A stretch of 64,000 nucleotides of DNA. Source: the human T2T-CHM13v2.0 reference genome, Homo sapiens. The notes under the pieces are model-generated. The model did not search any database, was not told where the DNA came from, and saw only the letters and a program-made list of their open reading frames with translations. This document shows positions 20,054 through 54,715 of this stretch, in pieces. The first letter of the stretch is position 1, and each line of letters starts with the position of its first letter. The stretch lies in NCBI RefSeq assembly GCF_009914755.1, contig NC_060935.1, one strand, 5' to 3'. Made by a program: the position numbers and the translations under genes.

Positions 20054-23562
<3,509 letters not shown>

Positions 23563-23665
23563 GCGACTCGGTGGCGTGGCTGCTGGGTCAGTTGGCCTGG
23601 CTGGGTGGGGTCAGGGCACAGACACGGCCAGGGTCGGGGCCAGGGTGGAGGGCCAGGTGCCCCAC

Positions 23666-23828
23666 CTGTCTCCCCAGGCAGGAGCCCAGGCCCGGGCTCC
23701 AGGCCATCCGCCTCGCCGTCAGACACCTCCAGTGGGGGGCTCTGCCGCTCGCCCTCCTCCTCATCTGAGCTGGGCTGGGCTGGGGACAGGGATGGGTACT
23801 GGAGGCACATCCGGGGCAGGTAGGAGAC
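23666..23828 (-). CDS. SPI1: SPI1 exon 4 (PEST domain)
   Basis: 163 nt, VSYLPRMCLQYPSLSPAQPSSDEEEGERQSPPLEVSDGEADGLEPGPGLLPGET; ends in phase 1. Confidence 0.98.
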
Positions 23829-24539
23829 CTGGACGGTGGGGGAAGGAGATCAGAGTCAGGAAGGGCCAGCTTACAGCTCAGGGGGGCTGGGAGGGAGGTC
23901 AGCTGGGGAGAGAAGGAGTGCAGAGGGCAGGGGACAATGGCAGGCACAGGAGACTGGAGGAAGACCAGGGAAAAGGGGGGCCAGTTGAGGTGCTGCACAT
24001 AGGGTGCAGGCTGTGGGGCGAGGGGTGCTGACATCCAGCCCACCCAGCCCTCCCAGCTGGGCCTCCTGGTTTAGGACTGTGGGCACCGGGGAAGTGGTGC
24101 CTTGTTCTCCTCCCTGCAGCGGTGCTGTGTGGACCCGCATTAGGCTGGGGTCAGAAGAGGGCATGCTAGGGACCGGTGCGTTGGGTCTGGAAGGGGGTTT
24201 CATAGGTGGGATGATGAGTGAGTGGAGGGACCCTGGAGGTCAGTAGGGGTGGTAGAGGTCAGTAGAGGTCACTGATCCGGGTTAGGGTCAGTAGGGAGGG
24301 TCACTGGGGAGAGGCAGGGTCAGTAGAGGTGTTCAGTGACTTGGTGTGGGATCCATGAGGGCTAGTGAATGGGGGTGGCAGACAGTGAGGCCCAGGAGGG
24401 CCCACAACAAGGCGTTGGGATGGGGAGGCTCGGTGAGGGTGCGAGAATTATCTGGGGTCTGTCCATACTCGGGGTGAGATGAGATAAGGGGTGTGGGGTC
24501 ATGAGGTCACTTGGGGGGTCAGGCGGCAGCCGTTGGAGC

Positions 24540-24929
<390 letters not shown>

Positions 24930-25364
24930 TTAAATAATACTGCCAGGCCATATGGGGCCTAACCATCTCGTTTAACCCTCGCCACCTGCATGGTTACTCT
25001 AGGCCTGCATTTTATAGATGAGGACACTGAGGCTTCGAGCGGCTACATAGCATGCCCAAGGTCAAAAGCATCCGGGTCACAGCCAGGACTCAGGGCTGAA
25101 GCAAAGCTCGTGTTCTCAGCAATTCCATCCTGATTCCTGTGCAGTCACACAGACCGAGCGTCTAATCCTGGCTCTGCCATTTACTTGCTGTGTGACCTCA
25201 GGCACATATGTGGCCTCTCTAACCTCAGTTGAGTTGCCTGTAAAATGGGGATCACAGTTATTGGGAAGATACGAATGAGTACACATTTGTAAAACACCTC
25301 GCACCAGAGCCGGCCCTCAGGGAAAGTTGATTCCCCTCCTATCCTGTTAAAACCTCCCAGCCAG

Positions 25365-40485
<15,121 letters not shown>

Positions 40486-40899
40486 GACAGCCCAAATGCC
40501 CTGATTAGCAGTGATTAAGAGTGGGACAGAGCCAAGGCCGAGGACACCTGGGAACACTGGTGGAGTCTCTGGAGGAACTAGGGGTTCATGACCAACATGG
40601 GGTGCCCAGGCATCCAATCAGGAGTCATTCCTAGAGTCCCACCTGAGATATAAGGAACCTGCTTGGACCCTGAGCCACGAAAACACATGCTTTCTCTAAA
40701 GTGCTCACTCCATCAGGCCCAGCCCCAGGCTCACTGGTTTCCAGCTATGTGGGCAGCGCCCTCATATTACAGGAAGGAAAACTGAGGCTGCAAAAGGCCC
40801 AAAGGAAACGCACCCAAGCCCAGTGAACTGAAGAGGGATTGGGCCAGGGAGAATGCGTCCTTGTTGGAGGAGGCCTGACAGCACTGTCTGTGGTGACCC

Positions 40900-40918
40900 G
40901 AGCCACCAGGGGGCGCCT
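40900..40918 (+). promoter_or_regulatory. CTCF site, consensus match, in SPI1 intron 2
   Basis: CCACCAGGGGGCGC at 40903-40916. Confidence 0.8.
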
Positions 40919-41779
40919 GTCCCAGGGCCCAGCGGGACCTCCTGGAGTCCTGGAACCGCTTGGGAAGGTGGGTGCGTGGTCTCTGGGTCCCCCAGACCGG
41001 GCTCTTCACTCTGGTAGGGAGAGCTGGGGATGGAGTTGGGGGAGGGGGACTTTCTCTCTACATTGCCTGGGTTTCCCACCAAGAGGATGTGTTTTTTACA
41101 TAATTACAAATAAGCTTGAAGGAATTAAAAAGGATATTTTAAAGGCTTTCTAGCCCTGAAAGATTCTAAAAGATGCCTGTGCGTTCCCAGCTGTGGCCTG
41201 GAGGCATATCCGCCTACCCCTGGGATATGGCTTCCAGTCTGAGTTCCGGATGAATCTGGGGCCCTAAATGTGGACCAGGCACATGTGGATCCCTAGCTGG
41301 GCCCATCAGGTTTAGACCGCCACAGGTGCATCTGCAGAATGGAGCTACAGGCATGACTGGCCGCAGGGGTGGCCTTCAGGAGTGACACCTTCCTAGGCTG
41401 TGGGCCTCTGCCCTCTGAGGTGCAGACACCCCAGTCGCTGGTCTGCCCGGGTCCCAGACGCCCTGAGGAATTCCCCAGTGACGACTCACCCACTGACTAG
41501 GCCACCTCGCTTTGGGTCAGGGATGTCTACATCAATAAGCCAAGATCCACTTTGGGCAACCTCCCGCAGCCCCCTGCTCAGGTCCCAGGCACCTAATGCC
41601 TCTCTCCCATCCCCTGAATTTGCTCCAGGACGGAGGCTGGGCTATGGGGCAGACAGTCAGACCCAGAAGGACTGGACAGACAGAAGGACACCCTGGCCCA
41701 GGCCTCTTCCTCCCACTTCAGCAAACTGGGGGCCTCGGCCTCTGCTGAACAAGAGGTTCTCATAGGTTTTCCTTCGGCC

Positions 41780-41984
41780 CAGCAGTTCCCAATTAGGGGT
41801 GATTTTGCCTCCCGGGGGGATCTGCCAATGGGTGGAGACATTTTTGGTTGTCATGATTGGCCATGGCCCTGGCATGTGGTAGGTAGAAGCAAGGATGCCA
41901 CTAAGCTTCCTACGGTACCCAGGACAGCCCACCCAGGAATCATCCCACCCAAAATGTCAGCAGTGCCACGGTTAGGAAACCCTG
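41780..41984 (+). mobile_element. MER20-like hAT DNA transposon
   Basis: GGAGACATTTTTGGTTGTCA and CCCAAAATGTCA...GAAACCCTG resemble the MER20 consensus as I recall it. Confidence 0.75.
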
Positions 41985-42450
41985 CCAACCACACATGGCA
42001 GGAAGTGCGGATGTGCCGGCGGGGAGTTTGGGACAGAGAGTGACGAGAACAGAGAGGAGGAGGTGGGTAGTTAGGCAGGGGCAGAAAAAAAAGCACAGGA
42101 CCTGGAGCGGACAGACCTGGGTTCCACCCAGCAGCCGTGTGACCTTGTGCAAGTCTCCTAGCACCCTAAGCCTGTTTCCTTGTTTATAAAGAAGACCACA
42201 AGGACAGAACCAGCAGATAACCATGGAAGAAATGAACCCCGCACCTTGACACACTGCAGAGGCTCCATAATGGAGGCTCAGGTGTGGGGGTGCAGCGATG
42301 ATGCTGCAGTTCACTGCCTTTGAGAGCAAACTTGATCTGATTCTCAGAATTCCAAAGAAGTCCTGGGAATCATTTATTCTTTTTCTCTCTCCAGACCCCA
42401 GGAGCCCAGGCTGGGCTGGGGGATGGGGGCGTGGCAGGCCCCGTACTCAC

Positions 42451-42550
42451 CGCTATGGCTCTCCCCATCACTGCTGAGATAGGGGTAATACTCGTGCGTT
42501 TGGCGTTGGTATAGATCCGTGTCATAGGGCACCAGGTCTTCTGATGGCTG
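42451..42550 (-). CDS. SPI1: SPI1 exon 2 (acidic activation region); starts at 42550 or 42547 through tandem acceptors
   Basis: (Q)PSEDLVPYDTDLYQRQTHEYYPYLSSDGESHS; acceptor CTCTCAG CAG CCA. Confidence 0.97.
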
Positions 42551-43319
42551 CTGAGAGAGGAGGTGTCAGGGCCTGCACCATGGTGGGAGACCCCAGCCAG
42601 GCCTGCAGCACCCCCGCACGCTGGGTCCCCATCACCTTCCCTGGCTCAGTGGCTGCGTTGGACCTACAGCCCTCCCTCTGCCTGGAACTGGGACAGAGAG
42701 TGGGGCAGGGGACCCAGAAGGCCTGAAAAGGGGTGACAGGGACCTTGGGGGTGAGAGGTCAGAAGAGGACCAGGGTCCCCCTCTGCTGGGCTACTCCCCA
42801 TAGCCACCTCACGCTCACACTCACACTCACGCCTGTGTGCCCCCATCCTCATCCCACACACCTCTCCTGGTCACACTGATGCACATGTCCACACGATCCC
42901 TGTGTCACCCTCACACTCATAATCCCACACGAGGACTCACTCTCACAGCCCCTACCCACCCCCATGCAGGCGCCTGCACACTATCCCTCACACACACATC
43001 TTCATACCCACTCAGAGGTCACCCACCTCACAGAGACATTGTACACTCAGCTCATGCACACACGCAGAGTCTCCTTGATTGACACTCACATGACACCACG
43101 TTCCAGCCATCAACACACACACTCACACCCCCAGAGCCACTCACATTCCACCTGCACACTCAACCGCACAGCACACACTTGCCTGCCCAGCCCCACTCTC
43201 ACAGCCTATGCCTCTCACACAGCCTGGGCAAGAGTGGCACCACAATGACCCTCCACACTGACGGTTGGTGCAGGGGTCACCCAGGCAGACTTAGGGGCCG
43301 AGCGCATGGAGGGCCTTGA

Positions 43320-43505
43320 TCCCCTCACTCTCCCTCCTGAGTCCTCCCTATCCTCCTCCTTCCCTCCTCACTGCATCCCCCTCCCCGTCTCCTTTGCTTC
43401 CTCCTCCCCCTCCTCACTCCCCTCTGTCCTCCTTTTCTTCCCCCTCTTCCCTGTCCTCCTTCTTTCCTCCCACCTTCCTCCCTCCTCCCTGTCCTCCTCC
43501 CCCTA
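43320..43505. repeat. Polypyrimidine/polypurine (CCT-rich) tract, SPI1 intron 1
   Basis: About 185 bp of almost only C/T on the plus strand. Confidence 0.9.
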
Positions 43506-45126
43506 CTGGCACAGACACAGGGCCGTGCACACCCAGGAGCCTTCCCAACAGTCATCAGGCCTCCCCGCCCCCGCAGCGTGTGGCCCAGGATTGCATAACA
43601 GTCACTGTGGCCCTTAGGGCTGGGCTTGGGGGACCGGGGCTGCCTTGGGAGCCCACCCTACCAGGAGACACTCAGAGTGACCCTGGAGCTTGCAGAGAGG
43701 GCTGGGGGTGCCTAGGGATGGCCCAAGGAGCTCTGCCACCCATCTAGCTCCACCTGGAGTTCAGAATTGAGAGGTCAGGGATCAGAGACAGTGGGCCTGT
43801 GGCTTTCTTGAGGCAGAATTGGCTCTTTCTGAGACAACCTCCGTCACCCTCTGCCTGGGCCGCCCACTTCGTGTTCCCAGGTGGGAAGGGGTGTCGGTGT
43901 GGATGCCACAGCAGGCTGGCTGGTCCTGCCTGGTCCTGCCTGTGGCTGGCCAAGTGAGGAGGCCAGGAGCCCAGCACTGAGCCTGCCCCTCTGGGTTTCC
44001 AGGTAGTACAGCCTCGCTGCAGGATGTCAGCCCGGCTCTGGTCGGGTTGGTGTGATGTCAGGCCTGGGGTGCCTCCCAGCCTCCTGGGGTGGCTCTGAGC
44101 CGGGGCATAGTGGGGGAAGGGAGCTGCCTCTAGACCAGGAAAGTGGATTCAGGTGGGCAGCCTGCCAAGCCCTTCCCGGCTCCCCTCAAGCCTCCTCACT
44201 CCTGAGAGGTCATGGGGTGGGAAAAGGGAGAAGGGTCCTTTCCGAGGGACCCTGGTCTGACACCTGCCTAAGGCTGCAACTGTCACTGAGAGTGAGGAGC
44301 AGTGGCGATCTGCCCTTCTCTTCTCGGGGTCCCCTGGGGCTCCCACTTCTTCACCCCCAAGACCCAGTCCCTGTCCTTGTCCCAGCCTCAGCCCCCATTC
44401 TCACTTGTCACATGCTCACCCCAGGTCCCACCCAGCCCCAATCTCAGTCCTGGCCTTGTCCCAGCCCTGTCCCCTGCCGCGCCTCTCCCTGAACTCCAGC
44501 CCTGGGGCCAGCCCTAACTGCACTGTCTCAGCTCCACTCCTGGCTCCTTTCCAGCACCAGTCCCTGTCTCCTGTGGGTACCCCTGTGGGCCCATGGCCCT
44601 GACCCTTTGGTCAACAATCATGTCCTCTGTGCCAGGCCCCAGACTGGGCGTTGGGGACCCAGAGTTCCATCAGCTTTGGTTTCCAGGAGCCCCAAGGCCA
44701 TGGGCCAAGACTTCTGCCCATTGCCTCCTGCCTTCAACCCCTTCCCATCCAGGGGACCGGCCTCCCCCAAGCCAGTCCCCCCATCTCCCTCCTCTACCTC
44801 TCTACCACCGCCTTCACCATCCTCAGCCCAGCACCCTCCCCAGGAGCCCCGGCCTCCGCCTGCCACCCGAGCCCTGTCTATAAATAACTGTTCAGGCCCC
44901 ACCGATCACAGCCCCACCGTGGGCCTGGCCTCAGCCCGCCAGGGCATGCTCCGAGGAAGCCAATGGCCCCCTCGCTGGGTCTCAGGCCAGGAGTTCCAGG
45001 GAGGAAACCCTGACTTCCCACTGATAGCAAGCCAGGAGGGCAGTGGGTGGGCTGGCGGGTTCGTGGGCAGGCAGGCAGGCGTCCGAGGGCCACGGGTTGG
45101 GCTGGTGGAGGAGTCCCGGTACTCAC

Positions 45127-45171
45127 AGGGGGGACGAGGGGAAACCCTTCCATTTTGCACGCCTGTAACAT
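45127..45171 (-). CDS. SPI1: SPI1 exon 1 coding part (MLQACKMEGFPLVPP)
   Basis: ATG at 45171-45169; donor GTGAGT; phase 0. Confidence 0.97.
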
Positions 45172-45344
45172 CCAGCCGGGCTCCGAGTCGGTCAGATCCC
45201 CTGCCTCGGTGGGGGCCAATGCAGAGCCCCTCAGGATGGGGTGCCCCGTCAGGGGCTGGACGGTCGTGGGGCGGGTGCAGGGCTCAGGCCTGCCCCCTGA
45301 GCTACAGGAGCCCTGGGTGAGCCCCCTCCCTTGACATTGCAGGG

Positions 45345-45470
45345 CCAGCACAAGTTCCTGATTTTATCGAAGGGCCTGCCGCTGGGAGATAGTCCCCTTG
45401 GGGTGACATCACCGCCCCAACCCGTTTGCATAAATCTCTTGCGCTACATACAGGAAGTCTCTGGCCGGCT
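45345..45470 (-). promoter_or_regulatory. SPI1: SPI1 proximal promoter (TATA-less)
   Basis: PU.1 autoregulatory site AAAATCAGGAACTTG at 45365-45351, GATA sites near 45362-45368 and 45387-45392, GC box at 45412-45418, octamer-like ATGCAAAC at 45431-45424, C/EBP-like TTGCGCTA at 45439-45446, ETS site CAGGAAGT at 45451-45458. Confidence 0.88.
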
Positions 45471-46079
45471 GGGGCAGGTGGTGCTCAAAGGGCTGGCCTG
45501 GGAAGCCATGGGGTCCAGGCCCCCTGCCCAGAGGAAGCTGGGACTGAGAGGGATGACTTTGGGGGCTAAGCTGGGGAGGGAGGATGGGAGGGAGAACGTG
45601 TAGCTCTGCCACACCACTGGGAGGCTTTTGCTCTAACCCAACAAATGCCTGCTTCTTTTGAGATCCCTATGTAGCCAACAGTCACCTCATTGGGGTCAGA
45701 GCTGGAAGGGGTGGCCTCTTGGGGCCTCCACTTTCTGGAGTCAGCCTTCCTGGGTGAGGGCTCTGATCTAGCAGGCTATCAGGCCTGGCTCTTCCTGTGG
45801 CCCTGCACCCCCACTGCCTAGGCTATCCCTAGGCTGAGGCTGGGCTCAGGGGTAGGGTCTTCAGCATAGTGCTGCTTTCTTCCTTCCCTCTGAATCTGTT
45901 CACATGGGCTTCCCTACCACCAGAAGAGGGTCCTGGGTTCTTATACCCTCCCCTCCCAGCTTCTTGATTACCACATTCAAATCCCTAGGGCTCTGTTTCC
46001 AGCCCAGGTTTCTCAGTTTCCCCATCCCTTGGCAATGCCTGAATATCAATCTAACCCTCCTGGTTTACAAACCTTTCTT

Positions 46080-47250
46080 GCCTATCCACCATTCATCTGT
46101 TTTCCCATGCATCTATTTGTCTGTCTATTTGTCCATCCAGCTATCCATTCATCAAGCCCACCATGCATTCACTTATGTGTCCATTTATCCAACTGTCCGT
46201 TTGTTTGTTCATTCATCTGTCAGTCAATTCATCCACCCACCCATCTGTTTATCTACTTGTCTATCTAACCATCTATATGTCCATTAATCAGCCCGTCCAC
46301 CTGCTATCAGTCCATCAGTCCACAATTCCATCTGTTTATCCATCTATGAATCTGCTCATCCATTCATCCACCTGTCCATCCATCCACCCATCCACTCATC
46401 CACCCATCTACCCATCCACTCATCTGTCCATCAACCCATCCATCATCCACCTACCCCTTCATTCATTCATCCATCCATCCACCAGTCCACTCATCCACCC
46501 ATCTACCAATCCACCCACCTACCATTCCACCCATCTATTCATCCACCTATCCATCCATTCACCTATCAGCTTCGGTTTCCAGGAGCCCCATGAGAACAGG
46601 CAGTATTTGACTTTCTGTTTCTGCGTTGTTTCGCATATGATAATGTCCTCCAATTCCATCCATGTTGCTGCAAAGACATAATTTCATTCTTTTTTATGGC
46701 TGAATAGTATTTCATTATATATATATATATAAATACAATATAACATGTTATTTATTCACTCACCCGTTGATGGACACTTATGTTGATTCTGTATCTTTGC
46801 TATTATGAATAGTGCTGTGATAAACATACAAATGCAGTATCTTTTTGGTATCACTCATCCATCCAGCCATCCATTCATCCATCCATCCATTCATCCACCT
46901 ATCCACCCATCTACCCATCTACCCATTTACTCATCCACCTGTCCACCAATCCAGCTATCTACCCATTCATCCATCCACTCATCCACCTATCCATCCATCC
47001 ACTCATTCATCCAGCCATCCACAAATCCACCCATCCACTTATCTATCCATCCATCCATTCATCCATCCACCAATCCACTCATCCACTTATCTATCCATCC
47101 ATCCATTCATCCATCCATCCATCCACTCATCCACACATCTACCGATTCACTAATCCACCCATCCACCAATCCACTCATCTACCCATCCATCTATCCATCC
47201 ATCCACTCATTCATCTATCTGTCTATCCACTTATCTGTCCATCCATGCAT
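46080..47250. repeat. Degenerate (CCAT)n tract upstream of SPI1, split by an inserted segment at 46565-46851
   Basis: Direct reading. Confidence 0.92.
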
Positions 47251-47381
47251 CTTCCCAATGTTGAGTTCCAGGCTCTAAGCTGAGCGCTGGGAAAACAAAA
47301 AAGTATTATACAAGACCCCTGCCTTCAGAGAGTTCCTGATCTTTTCTGGGGGGTGGAGGGATGAGTAGAGGCATTTTTGTT

Positions 47382-47429
<48 letters not shown>
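47382..47429. repeat. (TTG)16 microsatellite
   Basis: Direct reading. Confidence 0.95.
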
Positions 47430-47432
<3 letters not shown>

Positions 47433-47969
47433 TTCTGGCCCAGTGATCTCTGGTGAGTCCCCTCTGCTGGGAAGGAATTTTGAACATTCAGTGTCCTCCC
47501 CTGTATAATCTAACCCCTTGCTTTAAATTCCCACTCCACTAAGACAGGCCTGCCTTCTTGCCAGTGGATTCCTAGGCCACAAGTGTTTTTTCATTAGCAG
47601 CAAACACCAGAATTTCACAGCTCTGGGCTCACCATTAGATCTACTTGACTTCCACCTTCACTGACTTTGTATCTGCACTTGGGACTCTCCAAAGGCTCCA
47701 GGCCACAGGTCCTCAGGGCTCCCTAGGAACCTGACCAAGGCCTCTCCCAAAAAGGAGGGGAGGGACAGGTTGGCTTGGCATCAGTTCCATCCTTGTTCCC
47801 ACTTCCCCATCAAGAAGGCCAAGCCCCAGCTGACTGGGTGCAGTGGGGTGTAAGGTTATCCACTCCACAAGATCTAGGCCCTGCTTGATGTGTTCATTCA
47901 TTCACTCATGTGTGTTATTGTCTTGCTTTGGTTTGTTTATATGCTTATTTATTCATTCATTCATTTAAT

Positions 47970-49220
<1,251 letters not shown>

Positions 49221-50699
49221 ATCACTTACTTTTTATTGAGTGTCTTCCATGGTCTGGGCCTAGTAAGGGGGATAGACATGAATGAGGCATACTCGGAGCC
49301 TCCAGCAGCTTACAGGCCTGCAGAGGGTCATGTGAGCAGATAGTGGGGCAAGAGAGGAGGTGCCAGGTACACTTGGTCTCAAAGGTGCATTAGGGAACCA
49401 TTGATTGGGTCAGGGTCCCAGATAGGATGGCTTAGGGAAGCGTGCAGGGGGAAAGCATGTCTGGCTGAGAATCAACTTAAGCAAAGGAAACGAAGAGGAA
49501 AACAGGAAGCCACCATCTTTGCAGCTGGAAGCAAAGCAGGACAGGAAAGCAAAGAGCCTTGAGTGCCAAGCCAAGGAGCCTGAGTCGTGTGCAGGGATGG
49601 CTGTGGAGTCTTTGCTAGTTGTAAGCAAGGAGTATGGGGGCTGTCCTCCGTGGGTGCAGCCAAGAAACACAGTAGACTGTGTGTTCCCGAGGCCTAAGAT
49701 TCAAGGGGCTCCAGGAGAAGGAAGATATCCCATTGCCTCAAGTATGGCCAAGCTCAAGGGGCCTGGGTGAGGAACTCCATAAAAGAGATCCAGGGTCAAT
49801 AACCTCTGGAAATAGGCAGAATGTCCTCTGCCCTCTGGGCAATGCTAGAGTGTCCTCCCAACTCCTCTTTCCACTCCTCCCCCTCCCAAAGTACATCAGA
49901 AGCCTCATCCCCTTACATCCCCAGGGACCCGTGGTAATTCAAATTCTTGGGAATAGTAGGACCCAGATTCCAAGAACAGGAACGGTTTGGTAATCCATAA
50001 CCTCACGGTTAGTAGTTCCTTAAAAAGGAAAAGAAAAAAATTTTTGAGTGCCTGGCACCATTCTGGGTGCTTCCACCCTATGATCTCACATCACCAAGAC
50101 AGCCATCTGTTGAACTGAGGCCCAAGAGACCAGTGACTGGCCCAGGGTTGCACAGCATGTGTGGGTAGAGAGCTGGGGCATGAACCCTGGCTTCTGGGGC
50201 TCTAGGAAGGGCTGGGTCTTCTGGGGAGGGAAGGAAGCTAGAGGAAGAACGGAGAGAGACTGAGAAGCTGAGGCAGGGAGCAGGGAGGAAGGGGAGGGAG
50301 GAGAAGAGAGGAAGGGAAAGAGAAGCAAAATAGCAAGATCAAAGGAGGGAGCAGAGAGAAGGGAGAAACAGGACAAGAGGTGAGGAGGCAGCACGAACCT
50401 CAGGCGAAAAAGAGGAGAGCAGGGCGAAGGCAGATGGAGGAGGAGGAGGACAGAGGAGGGACAACGAGGAGGTTTTGGGGAGACAGGGACAGTGGCTGGC
50501 TGGAGGTGATGGGACCCCAGAGGAACACATTCCCAGCTTCTCCCTCCTGCAGCAGAGCAAAAGAGGGGCAGAGAAGGTCCCTGACTTGCAGGAGGTCAGC
50601 AGGTGCATCGTGCTGGAATGTGGCTCCATTTCATTCTGGTCAGCAGGAAATTGGTTTGAAACCAAAAATCTTGGACGCTCTAGGGACTGAAAAACAAAA

Positions 50700-54715
<4,016 letters not shown>

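Noticed and set aside
40878-40900. REST/NRSE-like GCACTGTCTGTGGTG
   Set aside because: Only one half-site resembles the consensus; the TTCAGCA half is missing
46565-46600. The chimeric junction as a retro-copied splice junction
   Set aside because: No GT-AG pair fits on either strand. The minus strand has a GT at 48205 but TT instead of AG at 44694-44695, and there is no poly(A) or TSD.
46029-47278. ORFs rich in IHPS/THPS
   Set aside because: Translations of the (CCAT)n tract
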